This document shows positions 53,997 through 63,034 of a stretch of 64,000 nucleotides of DNA, one piece after another. The notes beneath the pieces are model-generated. The model was not told the DNA's origin, made no database searches, and worked only from the letters and a program-made list of their open reading frames with translations. The DNA is from Candidatus Parcubacteria bacterium (GTDB lineage Bacteria; Patescibacteriota; Minisyncoccia; Sungbacterales; SURF-37): NCBI GenBank assembly GCA_003599755.1, contig QZJO01000007.1:41221-105220 (forward strand), written 5' to 3'. Every line of letters begins with the position of its first letter. Positions within the stretch are counted from its first letter, which is position 1. Made by a program: the position numbers and the translations under genes.

Positions 53997-54521
53997 TCAG
54001 GAAGGAAATGATGCGGGATGGGGCTTTGGTCCGGCTGCATCGCCGTGCGGGGATGCGCCGCGAGCCAAGGCAGTCAGCGCGATGGCGATCGCGTCGATCG
54101 CGTCGTCGCCGCGCGGCAGCGCATGGGCGCCGAACGTGAGCGCGAGCATTTTTTTCACGTCCGCTTTTGCGGCATTGCCCGAACCGGTGACCGCAAGTTT
54201 TACTTCCAGCGGCGTGTACTCCCAGATGCTAGAGACGGCGCGCGCGGCTGTCAAGAGAATGATGCCGCGCGTTTCGGCGACCGGTAACGCGGTGTTGACG
54301 TTTTTTGCGAAGAACAGCCGCTCCACAGCAATACCGACCGGTTGGTCGCGCTCAAACCGTTCGGCAAGCGCTGCGGCGACGAGTGGCAGGCGCTTGAACG
54401 CGGCAAGGCCCGGCGCGAATTCAATCGTCTCGGCGCGCACGAGCGCGGGCTTGTGGCGGTCGCCGTTAATAACGGCGTAGCCGATACGGTGGCTCCCCGG
54501 ATCAATGCCGACGATCGTCAT
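53997..54521 (-). CDS. ruvC: Holliday junction resolvase RuvC
   Basis: GIDPG, VERLFF, EYTP, KADV, DDAIDAIAIA. Confidence 0.95.
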   Translation of the reverse strand: MTIVGIDPGSHRIGYAVINGDRHKPALVRAETIEFAPGLAAFKRLPLVAAALAERFERDQPVGIAVERLFFAKNVNTALPVAETRGIILLTAARAVSSIWEYTPLEVKLAVTGSGNAAKADVKKMLALTFGAHALPRGDDAIDAIAIALTALARGASPHGDAAGPKPHPASFPS

Positions 54522-54603
54522 AGCCGATGTTTTGCGCTACCGTTCTGTTCGCTCGCATACGCAATTTTGCCGATTCCGGTTCTCGCTCGTCAATGCAGGG
54601 TTA

Positions 54604-54612
54604 TGTGGATAA
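54604..54612 (-). promoter_or_regulatory. Consensus DnaA box upstream of ruvC
   Basis: tgtggataa is the reverse complement of TTATCCACA. Confidence 0.5.
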
Positions 54613-54724
54613 CTTTCTGATCTCATGCGCAGCATGCCAAGCATGCCCGGGAAGGGTAGCTAACGCTTGCCTACGGCGGAGAGTGCCAGAAGGGAAATCC
54701 CGTCAAAGGGCTTTCCGTCTTTTA

Positions 54725-55447
54725 CTAATCGGCAATATTCGTCCATACATCGGTAACATCCGCATGGTCTTCGAGCTCCGCGGCCAGGGTCGCTGCCGCG
54801 GTTTTATCGGCAGGAGAGAGTGTCATCGGGTTTTTGGAGATCGCCGTAAGCGCGGTGCTCAAAGGCGCGGCACCGCGCGTCGTCAGGTGTGCGATGAACG
54901 CGGCCGAACGATCCGGCGCAATGAGTACGTGGAGCGCATCGTCATCCTCTTCGATCGCCTCGGCGCCGCCGTCGATGAGAAAGAGTTCGAATTCGTCGCG
55001 CGCTGTGGCTGGAGGCGGCGGCAGGGCGATCGCTATTTTGCGCTCAAACATCCAGGCCACGCTGCCGGTCTCGGCAAGCCGTCCGCCGTGGTCATCGAGA
55101 AGGCGCTTTACCTCGTTGGTCGTGCGATTCGGGCTGTCGGTCAGGGCGGCGATGAGAAATGCCGCGCCGCCCGGCCCATATGCTTCGTATTCCATGGCGC
55201 GCAAGTTCGCGGCATCCGCGCTCCCCGCCGCGCGCTGGATTGCGCGCTCGATATTGTCTTTGGGTACGCCCGCCGCGCGCGCTTGATCGACAGCTTGGCG
55301 GAGTTTCGGATTCATTGCGGGATCCGGGCCGCCGTCCCGGGCCGCGATGGTGATGATGCGGCCCAATTTCGAAAACAGAACGCCGCGCTTCGCGTCCGTG
55401 CCGGATTTCTGGTGCTTGATTTGAGCCCAGCGGGAATGGCCTGCCAT
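54725..55447 (-). CDS. yebC: YebC/PmpR family protein
   Basis: MAGHSRWAQIKH, YEAYGPGG, TDSPNRT. Confidence 0.95.
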   Translation of the reverse strand: MAGHSRWAQIKHQKSGTDAKRGVLFSKLGRIITIAARDGGPDPAMNPKLRQAVDQARAAGVPKDNIERAIQRAAGSADAANLRAMEYEAYGPGGAAFLIAALTDSPNRTTNEVKRLLDDHGGRLAETGSVAWMFERKIAIALPPPPATARDEFELFLIDGGAEAIEEDDDALHVLIAPDRSAAFIAHLTTRGAAPLSTALTAISKNPMTLSPADKTAAATLAAELEDHADVTDVWTNIAD

Positions 55448-55533
55448 GTACGTAAGAATTGCGAATCATGAATCAAGAATCAAGGGACGACGGAATCCCA
55501 ATGCCATCCGTAATTCTTGATTCATACTCTCCG

Positions 55534-56076
55534 TTATCCACCCATGATTTGGGCATTCGGTTCGTGCGGGACATCGGTACGCGGGGTGCGTGAATGTTTC
55601 AATATCAAATCCTTTGCCCGATAGCAATCGGGTACGTGGCGGATCGTGTACCGGCTTTCGCTCGCGGTCTGTACCGTGATCGTACCGAACCCGAGGAATG
55701 TCGCGAGGAGGCCCGGGACCACGATAGTTACGTCTTGCACTCGCTCCATGGCGATCTCGGTGATGGACCGATGGAACAGGCCATGCTGCTCGATCGCGAT
55801 GATGCGCTGGTCGGTGATGATCCAGGCGTCGAGATAGTATTTCACCCAGAATTCGAGCATCGCGAAGAGTACGGCCAATAGGTAGCATGCGTAGAAAAAG
55901 CGCCAGAACGGCGCAAACTCAGCCACAACGCCGAGCGCGGGAATAACGGCGCTCGCAATGAGCAGCGCTGCGGGCGCAACGAGCGCGATCACGAATCCGA
56001 TCATCGGCGCCACGAATACGATCCAATGGCGGCGGATAACGAGGAGGACGATTTCGGTCGGGTAGAGCTTGATCAT
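55534..56076 (-). CDS. Membrane protein with bacterial PH domain
   Basis: RRHW, two TM helices, ITDQRII, VQDV, FGTITVQTA. Confidence 0.85.
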   Translation of the reverse strand: MIKLYPTEIVLLVIRRHWIVFVAPMIGFVIALVAPAALLIASAVIPALGVVAEFAPFWRFFYACYLLAVLFAMLEFWVKYYLDAWIITDQRIIAIEQHGLFHRSITEIAMERVQDVTIVVPGLLATFLGFGTITVQTASESRYTIRHVPDCYRAKDLILKHSRTPRTDVPHEPNAQIMGG

Positions 56077-56321
56077 CGAGCCGGTGGCAAAAATTGGCGG
56101 AGATCGAATGAGGTGCCGAAATCCGCGAACGGGATATTCCAAAGCTCATACAGCGCCAACAGGGCGAAGAGCGTGGCAAGCGCGAGGTATATCGGGACGA
56201 TGAGGCGCGCCGCTTGCCAATCCGGCATGGTGTATTGCCGGAGATGGTAGAGTGCCGCCGCGGACAGCGCGGCATCGATTGCGAGATATATAAGGAATGC
56301 GGCGAGAAAAGCGATGAACAT
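56073..56321 (-). CDS. Small membrane protein
   Basis: Two TM helices around YHLRQY; overlaps the next gene by 4 nt. Confidence 0.7.
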   Translation of the reverse strand: MFIAFLAAFLIYLAIDAALSAAALYHLRQYTMPDWQAARLIVPIYLALATLFALLALYELWNIPFADFGTSFDLRQFLPPAR

Positions 56322-56323
56322 GA

Positions 56324-57022
56324 CTATGCGCGGGGCAGATGAAGCGCGGGCGCGCCCGGCCGCGTCTGAACGAGAAATGATTCTTCTTCCGGAAATTGCC
56401 GCGCGCGAGTGAGGATCCGCTCAATGTCGTGGCGCTGGGACCGATGGGCGAGCATGGCCTTGAGCTTCACGTCCCCCATGCCGGCAGTCGGTACGGTCAA
56501 ACCCATTGTACCGCGTTCGTATCCGGGCGGCACCCAGATGAAATATCCTTTGCGCATGGCGTTGGCGCGCGGGGTTGATACGCAGTAGGCGAGTAATCGC
56601 TTGATGCGGGGTTGGCGTTCGTACACGAAGCGCGCCGCGAGGGCCACGGCAATGTGGTCCAGATGCCCGGATACGCCAAGTGGCTCGTAGGTGAGGAGCG
56701 TATGCGGCTTGAGGCGTCGCACCAGTCCTTCGATGCGTCGGGCGAGCGCATGGTACGTAGCATTGGAAAGCTCGCCGTCGCGAAAATCGAAAAAGACGAC
56801 TCCTCGGGCGCCGAGGATCTTGGCCGCGGCGCGGAGTTCCCGCGGCCGCGCGGCGGCGAGCGATCCGGTTTTTTGCGCGCGGCTGTCTTTGCCCGCGTTG
56901 CCCCGGGTTGCGCTGGCGATCCAGACGTCGTGGTGGCGCGCCAGAAGCGCGATCGTGCCGCCGGGTCCGAACGTCTCATCGTCGGGATGGGCGAATACGC
57001 AAAGGATCGTGTTTTTCCTCAT
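56324..57022 (-). CDS. PIG-L/LmbE family deacetylase
   Basis: AHPDDE, TRG, GHLDH, HRSQ. Confidence 0.92.
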   Translation of the reverse strand: MRKNTILCVFAHPDDETFGPGGTIALLARHHDVWIASATRGNAGKDSRAQKTGSLAAARPRELRAAAKILGARGVVFFDFRDGELSNATYHALARRIEGLVRRLKPHTLLTYEPLGVSGHLDHIAVALAARFVYERQPRIKRLLAYCVSTPRANAMRKGYFIWVPPGYERGTMGLTVPTAGMGDVKLKAMLAHRSQRHDIERILTRARQFPEEESFLVQTRPGAPALHLPRA

Positions 57023-57150
57023 ATCAGGGAAACGATGTGCGGCGGTTTTCTATCGTGTGCCGAGCATGCCAGGGAAGGGGAAGCCGGCGATCCGCCGCAG
57101 GCAAAGAGTGTCAGAAGGGGAAATTTTTTCTCGGGTTTTCTTCCCTGGGT

Positions 57151-58185
57151 CTAAGATTCCATGAGCCGCGGTTGCTCGGGCATGGGAATGCCCAAATGCT
57201 GCCAGGCGACCGCGGTCGCCATGCGTCCCCGCGCGGTGCGTTCGAGAAACCCGATGCGCATGAGATACGGCTCGTACACCTCTTCGATCGTGTCTTCTTC
57301 TTCGGCGGTCGCCGCGGCAAGCGCGGCCAAGCCGACCGGGCCGCCGCGGAATTTCGTGACTACGGTTTCCAAAATGCGGCGGTCCGTGGGCTCAAGTCCG
57401 AGCTCGTCGATTTCGAGCAGGTGGAGCGCGGTGCGCGCCGCGTCGGTCGTGAGCCGGCCGCTGCCGTGTACGGCTGCGTAATCACGCGCACGCTTCAGGA
57501 GGCGGTTGGCGACGCGCGGGGTCATGCGCGACGCGCCCGCGATGATGCCGAGGGCCTCGGCATCGGCCGCGATATCCAACAGTGCGGCCGAGCGCGCGAG
57601 GATTTTGCCGATATCGTCGGTAGTATAGAAATCGAGCCGGAACGTGACCCCGAAGCGGGAGCGTAAGGGGCCGGAGAGCATCCCAAGGCGCGTGGTCGCG
57701 GCGATGAGCGTAAAGGGCGGCAGCTCGAGCTGGATCGTGCGCGCCGACGGCCCTTTGCCGATGATGATGTCGAGCGATCGGGACTCCATCGCCGGATAGA
57801 GCACTTCCTCGATGAGTTTGTTCATCCGGTGCGCTTCGTCGATGAACAAAATATCGCCGGGCAAGAGATTCGTGAGAATGGAGGCAAGGTCGCCGACGCG
57901 CTCGATCGCCGGACCCGAGGTAATACGGATATTCGCGTTGATTTCGCGCGCGATCAGATGCGCGAGCGACGTTTTGCCAAGGCCCGGCGGCCCGTAGAGA
58001 AGCACGTGCTCGATGGGCTCGTTGCGCTGCTTCGCGGCCGCGATCAAAATGCGCAGATTTTCCTTCAGCGCGGCCTGACCGATGAATTCGTCCCAGGATT
58101 TGGGGCGTAAGGCCTGATCCAGGGCCGCGTCATCGGGTCGGGCGGCGGGGGAGGCAGGGGCGGGCGGGTTATTGACAGTTGACAT
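57151..58185 (-). CDS. ruvB: Holliday junction branch migration ATPase RuvB
   Basis: [42 protein letters not shown]. Confidence 0.97.
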   Translation of the reverse strand: MSTVNNPPAPASPAARPDDAALDQALRPKSWDEFIGQAALKENLRILIAAAKQRNEPIEHVLLYGPPGLGKTSLAHLIAREINANIRITSGPAIERVGDLASILTNLLPGDILFIDEAHRMNKLIEEVLYPAMESRSLDIIIGKGPSARTIQLELPPFTLIAATTRLGMLSGPLRSRFGVTFRLDFYTTDDIGKILARSAALLDIAADAEALGIIAGASRMTPRVANRLLKRARDYAAVHGSGRLTTDAARTALHLLEIDELGLEPTDRRILETVVTKFRGGPVGLAALAAATAEEEDTIEEVYEPYLMRIGFLERTARGRMATAVAWQHLGIPMPEQPRLMES

Positions 58186-58200
58186 TTTTATTGCTATACT
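58172..58200 (+). promoter_or_regulatory. Near-consensus sigma70 promoter overlapping the ruvB start codon on the opposite strand
   Basis: TTGACA (58172-58177), 17 bp, TATACT (58195-58200), extended TG. Confidence 0.75.
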
Positions 58201-58270
58201 GTATTTAGCGCATTGAAGATCTTCGATTGCAAAAGGGCTACCAGGCCCTTTTCGCGTATTCGATGCTGTT

Positions 58271-58443
58271 CGCCCGCTCAGGCTGTGGGCAATTGCAGTT
58301 ACTGACCCGTTTCTGCAATGGGGGTTTTCTTTAGTCCGGCGTCTTGGTTCCCGCCTCGCTGCGGATCCTACTGGGGCGTGCGACGGGGGAATCCTGACCT
58401 CCGCGTTCCCGAACCGGAGCATTGCCCACAGCCTGAGAGGGTG
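58271..58443 (+). ncRNA. Candidate structured RNA or leader of unknown family
   Basis: Perfect 17-bp closing stem 58277-58293/58421-58437 with internal stems. Confidence 0.5.
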
Positions 58444-58487
58444 ATTAGATGTTCGTTGTGCAGTAAACTAACCGATCGAGGGAGGAT

Positions 58488-58688
58488 ATGATGCGAATGG
58501 CGATCGCGATGTCAGGACTCGTGAGCATGCTCATCGCGTTTCTCCTCGCGGCGGCGAATGGCTATGCGAGGCGCGAGCCAGCGATGGCCGTATCCGTGCA
58601 GAGGACAGTGTATCGCGCCGCGTCCATGATCATTCTCTGCATCGTTGGTGCCACGACAGTCCTCACTCAGGTACTTCTTCTCCGGTAG
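58488..58688 (+). CDS. Small two-helix membrane protein, 66 aa
   Basis: GGAGG SD; two hydrophobic segments. Confidence 0.65.
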   Translation: MMRMAIAMSGLVSMLIAFLLAAANGYARREPAMAVSVQRTVYRAASMIILCIVGATTVLTQVLLLR

Positions 58689-58747
58689 TTCCCCTCCGTT
58701 CGTCATCGCCTCGCGCTCCGCTGCGCGGGGCGCTCTATTTAACACGA

Positions 58748-60430
58748 TTACGTTTCGCCGACTACTCGCTCGACCTCGGCGAGATCGGTGATACCGGCCA
58801 ATACTTTCAGGATGCCGTCCTGGCGCATGGTGATCTGGCCCTGCGCGTGGGCGGCTTTTTTCATGTCTACTTCGGAGGGCTTATGGAACACGAGCTGCTC
58901 GACGGTGTCGTCTACCAGGATGATTTCAAATACGCCGATGCGGCCTTTGTAGCCGGTGCCATGGCAGTGCTCGCAGCCGACGGGCCGGACAAGCATGAGT
59001 TTTTCGGGGAGGTCGGGGCGCTTGACGCTTTTGGGCAGGCCGTCGAGTTCCTTTTTAATGGCAGCCACCATGGCAGCATCGGCCGGCGCTTCCTTGCGGC
59101 ATTTGGGACAGAGGCGGCGCACGAGGCGCTGGGCGATCGAGACGTTCAGGGCAGGCGCGATAATGGCCGGATCTACGCCAAGATCGATCAAGCGGGGGAT
59201 GGTACCGGCGGCATTGTTGGTATGGAGCGTGGAAAATACCAGATGCCCGGTCAGCGCGGCGTTCATGGCCGTATGCGCGGTTTCCAGATCGCGCATTTCG
59301 CCGACGAGAATCACATCCGGATCCTGGCGGAGAATCGAGCGCAGGCCCCCGGCGAAGTCATAGCCGCGTTCGGTATTGATTTGAGTCTGTTCGATGCCGA
59401 CCAGGTGGTATTCGATCGGGTCTTCGAGCGTGATGATTTTTACGTCGGACGTATGTACTTCGCGGAGGAACGCATAGAGCGTTGTGGTCTTGCCCGAACC
59501 GGTCGGCCCGGTGGTCACGATCATGCCGTTGGGTTTTTTGAGCTCGCGGGCGAGCGCATCAAGAATCCAGGGTTGCATGCCAAGTTCGCCGAATCCGACG
59601 GCAATGGACTTGGGGTTCAGGATGCGGAGCACTATGTTCTCGCCGTACGGCCCCGGCAGCGTAGAGGCGCGCACTTCGATCTCGACCTCACCCGTATGAA
59701 TGGTGAAGCGGCCGTCCTGTCCTTTCTCTTGGATGTTCAGCTTCAGACCGGAGACGAGTTTAATGCGCGAGAGCAAAAACTTGTAGGCCGTCGGCGGCAG
59801 CATCGCAATGTCGTTCAATACGCCGTCCAGGCGGTAGCGCAAACGCGCTTGGTCGGCTTGCGGTTCGAGATGGATATCGGACGAATCGGTCTCCAGCGCT
59901 CCGGCAATGATGATTTCCAATACCTCGGTAATGCGCTGGCGGTCCACCGCGGCCAAGAGCTTCCCGATATCGGCGATGGATTTTACTTTGGCGCGAAATT
60001 CCGTGAGACGCGCGTCCGAGACGCTGACTTCGCCAGCGATCCGAGCGCTTTTGCGCGCGACGCTGGCATAGCCGGCCCAGGCCTTTTCCAGGCTCGTGCG
60101 CGATACCAAAAAAAGATTGTACGTGTAGCGGTTCGCGGAAAGCCGTTCGAGGGTTTTTTTGGCCGCTGGCGCGTTGAGGTCCCGCACCGCGATGTCGAGT
60201 TTGCGGCCCGTGCCCTGGATGACCGCCAGGCCGGCTCTCTTCGCTTCGGCTTCGGGTACCAGCCCGAGCACGTCCACGTTGACGGGGATGGCCGAAAGAT
60301 CCGCATACGGAATATGCGCCCGCTCCGCGAGGAGTTTGGTCACTTCCTCTTCCTCCTCATGGCGGAGTTTTGCGAGCCGTTCGACTTGTTTTTGTTCTTC
60401 GAAGATCGGCACGGGTCTGGAGCGCGGCAC
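58748..60430 (-). CDS. pilB: Type IV pilus assembly ATPase PilB/GspE
   Basis: SDIHLEP, GPTGSGKTTT, EDPIEY, LRQDPD, TGHLVFSTLHTN, two CxxC motifs; start uncertain. Confidence 0.93.
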   Translation of the reverse strand: MPRSRPVPIFEEQKQVERLAKLRHEEEEEVTKLLAERAHIPYADLSAIPVNVDVLGLVPEAEAKRAGLAVIQGTGRKLDIAVRDLNAPAAKKTLERLSANRYTYNLFLVSRTSLEKAWAGYASVARKSARIAGEVSVSDARLTEFRAKVKSIADIGKLLAAVDRQRITEVLEIIIAGALETDSSDIHLEPQADQARLRYRLDGVLNDIAMLPPTAYKFLLSRIKLVSGLKLNIQEKGQDGRFTIHTGEVEIEVRASTLPGPYGENIVLRILNPKSIAVGFGELGMQPWILDALARELKKPNGMIVTTGPTGSGKTTTLYAFLREVHTSDVKIITLEDPIEYHLVGIEQTQINTERGYDFAGGLRSILRQDPDVILVGEMRDLETAHTAMNAALTGHLVFSTLHTNNAAGTIPRLIDLGVDPAIIAPALNVSIAQRLVRRLCPKCRKEAPADAAMVAAIKKELDGLPKSVKRPDLPEKLMLVRPVGCEHCHGTGYKGRIGVFEIILVDDTVEQLVFHKPSEVDMKKAAHAQGQITMRQDGILKVLAGITDLAEVERVVGET

Positions 60431-60469
60431 CTGCCTGTCGGAGGGCCGAGTCGCGCGTATTAGCTCTTC

Positions 60470-61564
60470 TTATTGTATCCCATCGTTCCGACCGAGCAAT
60501 CCGACGATCGCCGCTTCGGCTTCGGCAAATGACGCATAGGTCTCGGCGGGAAGGACGGCGCGTCCAGCGGCCTGCTCCAGGGGCGCGCCTGCCAGGAGCA
60601 GATCGGCGTGCACGCGGCGGCTTTGAGGATCCTGCCACAGAAGAATAATACGGCCGGCGTAGGGCAGCATGCGTTGCAGTTCGGGGCGCATGGTATCGAG
60701 GCCCCGGGGCTCGCCGCCGGTGGCTTGGAAATCGTCGGGCGTGAGCACGGACCAGGTAATATCGCGCGCCGGATCGAATCGCGAGCGGGCAAGCGCGCGC
60801 GCCGCCAGCTGCGCAGCGCGCAAGCGCTCGGGACCCGGCGCGAGTTCGGGCAGGACTTGGGCGCCGCGATCTAAAAGATCGGCCGCAATGCGCAGCGCCT
60901 CTGCCGGCGTGCCCGGCATGCGCAGATGGCCGGTCGCTTCGATCAATGCGGCAAGCAGGGGTGAGGCGTCGGCCGATCCCTGCGGGAGAGCGTTGAGCAC
61001 GGAAAGCAAGCGCCAGGCGACGATCGGCAGGTATTCGCCGCGGCTCGCGTCGGCAATGAGATTCCATTCGCCGAATCGCTGCGCTTGAGAGTCGGCGCCG
61101 AGATTCACGACCGGTTTTTCCATAAATAATTCCGGCGCGCGGCGGAGCGCCGATTGCGCCGCTTCGGGAGAAGCCACGCCGACCGCGATCGCCAGGTCAT
61201 AGCGCAGGGAACCGGTGCGGAATTCCACGTCGTCCCGGCTGATGCGGCCGTCGGAGGGCGCCAAGATCACGTTGAGCCGGTTTTGATCGCGTTCGTAGCG
61301 CAGTTCCCGGACCGGCGAGTGCGCGGTATCGAACGACACGATGAACTCGCGCAGCGGTTCGGTATCGATGCGCATGCCGAACGGCAAGCCCATGGGCCCG
61401 AATACGTGTACGGTTTTATCCGGCGCTGCAAGCGCGCGCGCAAGCGTCGCGGCAGTGCCGGCCGCGATCAGTTCAGCCGCATCCGGCAATACGATCGCGA
61501 CAGCGCCTGCCGCGCGGATCTTTTCCGCCGCCTCAGTAAGCGGCATGCGGTGTTGGGGTGGCAT
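60470..61564 (-). CDS. Degenerate DHH/NrnA-like protein
   Basis: Family layout (VRELRYE insert, RFGEWNL, LIEATGHL) but DHH and DxD motifs are absent. Confidence 0.65.
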   Translation of the reverse strand: MPPQHRMPLTEAAEKIRAAGAVAIVLPDAAELIAAGTAATLARALAAPDKTVHVFGPMGLPFGMRIDTEPLREFIVSFDTAHSPVRELRYERDQNRLNVILAPSDGRISRDDVEFRTGSLRYDLAIAVGVASPEAAQSALRRAPELFMEKPVVNLGADSQAQRFGEWNLIADASRGEYLPIVAWRLLSVLNALPQGSADASPLLAALIEATGHLRMPGTPAEALRIAADLLDRGAQVLPELAPGPERLRAAQLAARALARSRFDPARDITWSVLTPDDFQATGGEPRGLDTMRPELQRMLPYAGRIILLWQDPQSRRVHADLLLAGAPLEQAAGRAVLPAETYASFAEAEAAIVGLLGRNDGIQ

Positions 61565-61650
61565 AGGAAAGCGGATTGCCCCATTGGTAGCGCCTTGCCC
61601 GGGGAAGTCAAAGCGAGAATCTGTGCATAACGGAAAGGCAGAATCTATAC

Positions 61651-61679
61651 TTGACTAACTTCATAAAATATGCTACTTT
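61651..61679 (+). promoter_or_regulatory. Probable sigma70 promoter
   Basis: TTGACT-17 bp-TACTTT with extended TG. Confidence 0.55.
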
Positions 61680-61746
61680 ATCGTAAGAAATGGCTTGATT
61701 CCTTGCTGTTTTCCAACAGGCATCTGACCCTCACTGGGAGGAAGAG

Positions 61747-62328
61747 ATGAAGACCAAAACGCTGTCCCCGATCGTACTGGTCGTGGTTCTGGGGCTTGCC
61801 CTGCAGGGCTGTGCGGCATTAGGCGCGGGCTCCGGCTACGCGGTCGGCGGCCCGAAGGGCGCGATCGTCGGCGGGCTTATCGGTGCTGGTCTCGATGCGC
61901 TCGCGATCACGAGCGCGTTTCGATCCGCGAAGGAGCGCGAGCGCGCCGAGGCCGCTGCCCGCGCCGAGGCCGAGGCCTTGGCCAAGGGCATTACGCCCTG
62001 CCATACCGGCACACGCAAACGCTGGGCGCAGGGTGCGCTAGTGGTGAACGATCGGTTCGAGAACTGTGACAGCTTCACGAACCGCGTCCACTACCTGGGC
62101 GACGAAACTTATGTGTCGCCCCCGCCCGGCGTAGTCTACAAGCCAGGTGCGGTGGAGATGGATCCATACTCCCAGGAAGGGTTGCGGCCGCCAGCGATTC
62201 CGAAGGTACCGGTGCCCGTGCCGCCACCAGCCGTGAATTCGGCGCCGCCCGGCGACGAAGGCCCGGACGACGAGCGGCCCAAACGGAAGCAGAAGTATCA
62301 ACCGCGGCTGTTCAGGTACAGCCGCTAG
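61747..62328 (+). CDS. Lipoprotein with glycine-zipper-like segment
   Basis: GGAGG SD; lipobox LQGC; GAIVGGLIGAG. Confidence 0.8.
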   Translation: MKTKTLSPIVLVVVLGLALQGCAALGAGSGYAVGGPKGAIVGGLIGAGLDALAITSAFRSAKERERAEAAARAEAEALAKGITPCHTGTRKRWAQGALVVNDRFENCDSFTNRVHYLGDETYVSPPPGVVYKPGAVEMDPYSQEGLRPPAIPKVPVPVPPPAVNSAPPGDEGPDDERPKRKQKYQPRLFRYSR

Positions 62329-62331
62329 CAA

Positions 62332-62361
62332 GAAGGCGAGGACCAGCCGGTCCTCGCCTTC
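62332..62361 (+). terminator. Hairpin terminator
   Basis: gaaggcgaggacc-agcc-ggtcctcgccttc. Confidence 0.75.
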
Positions 62362-62445
62362 ATTCGTTTAAATATTTAAGGAAGCGGAAGCGCCGGGCCG
62401 CAGCATTCCCGATACAAAGGAAAATCTGCTAGGGTGAGGTTGCTT

Positions 62446-62551
62446 ATACCCGGTACTTACAACGGTAAACGTAGTATTGATCGGGCGGAGGCGGATCATC
62501 TCAAAAGTCGTATGCGGGCATACCAATCTTTTGCGTTGTAGTACCGGGTAT
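62446..62551. repeat. Second MITE-like element with the same terminal IRs as 24312-24422
   Basis: atacccggtacttacaacg at 62446-62464 and cgttgtagtaccgggtat at 62534-62551. Confidence 0.7.
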
Positions 62552-63032
62552 GGAACGGCGAACGAAAACCGTCCGCGAGACCCAGGACTTTGCGCGTACG
62601 CTCATGGGAGCGTTGCGGCGGCAGAGCCCCCGGAAGGGTGCGCTCGTGCTCGCGCTCGAAGGCGAGCTGGGCAGCGGCAAGACCGCGTTTACCCAAGGTA
62701 TTGCCAAGGCGCTGGGTATCCGCGAAGCGGTGCAGAGCCCGACGTTCGTACTCATGCGCGTGTATGCACTGCGGCGTCCGATCGCCGGATTCCGCCGCTT
62801 CGCGCATATCGATGCGTATCGACTCGGCGCGGCGGATGCTCGGCGGCATCTGGGATTGCCGGCCCTGCTCGCCGATCGAGAAACGATTGTCGCCGTCGAG
62901 TGGGCAAGCCGCATCAGAGCGCTTTTGCCGCCGGATGCGGTATGGATTTCGTTCGCACATGAGCAGCGGCGCGGCCTGCCCGTCCGACAGGCGGGCCGCG
63001 CCATCCGCGTGCGCATACCGACGCATTCTTGA
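62550..63032 (+). CDS. tsaE: tRNA t6A biosynthesis ATPase TsaE
   Basis: LEGELGSGKT, VQSPTF, HIDAYRL, VEW. Confidence 0.95.
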   Translation: MERRTKTVRETQDFARTLMGALRRQSPRKGALVLALEGELGSGKTAFTQGIAKALGIREAVQSPTFVLMRVYALRRPIAGFRRFAHIDAYRLGAADARRHLGLPALLADRETIVAVEWASRIRALLPPDAVWISFAHEQRRGLPVRQAGRAIRVRIPTHS

Positions 63033-63034
63033 CC

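Noticed and set aside
53997-58185. Loss of ruvA
   Set aside because: It is absent from this window only and may lie elsewhere in the genome.
58186-58422. N-terminal extension of RuvB
   Set aside because: It is non-homologous and overlaps the promoter and structured region.
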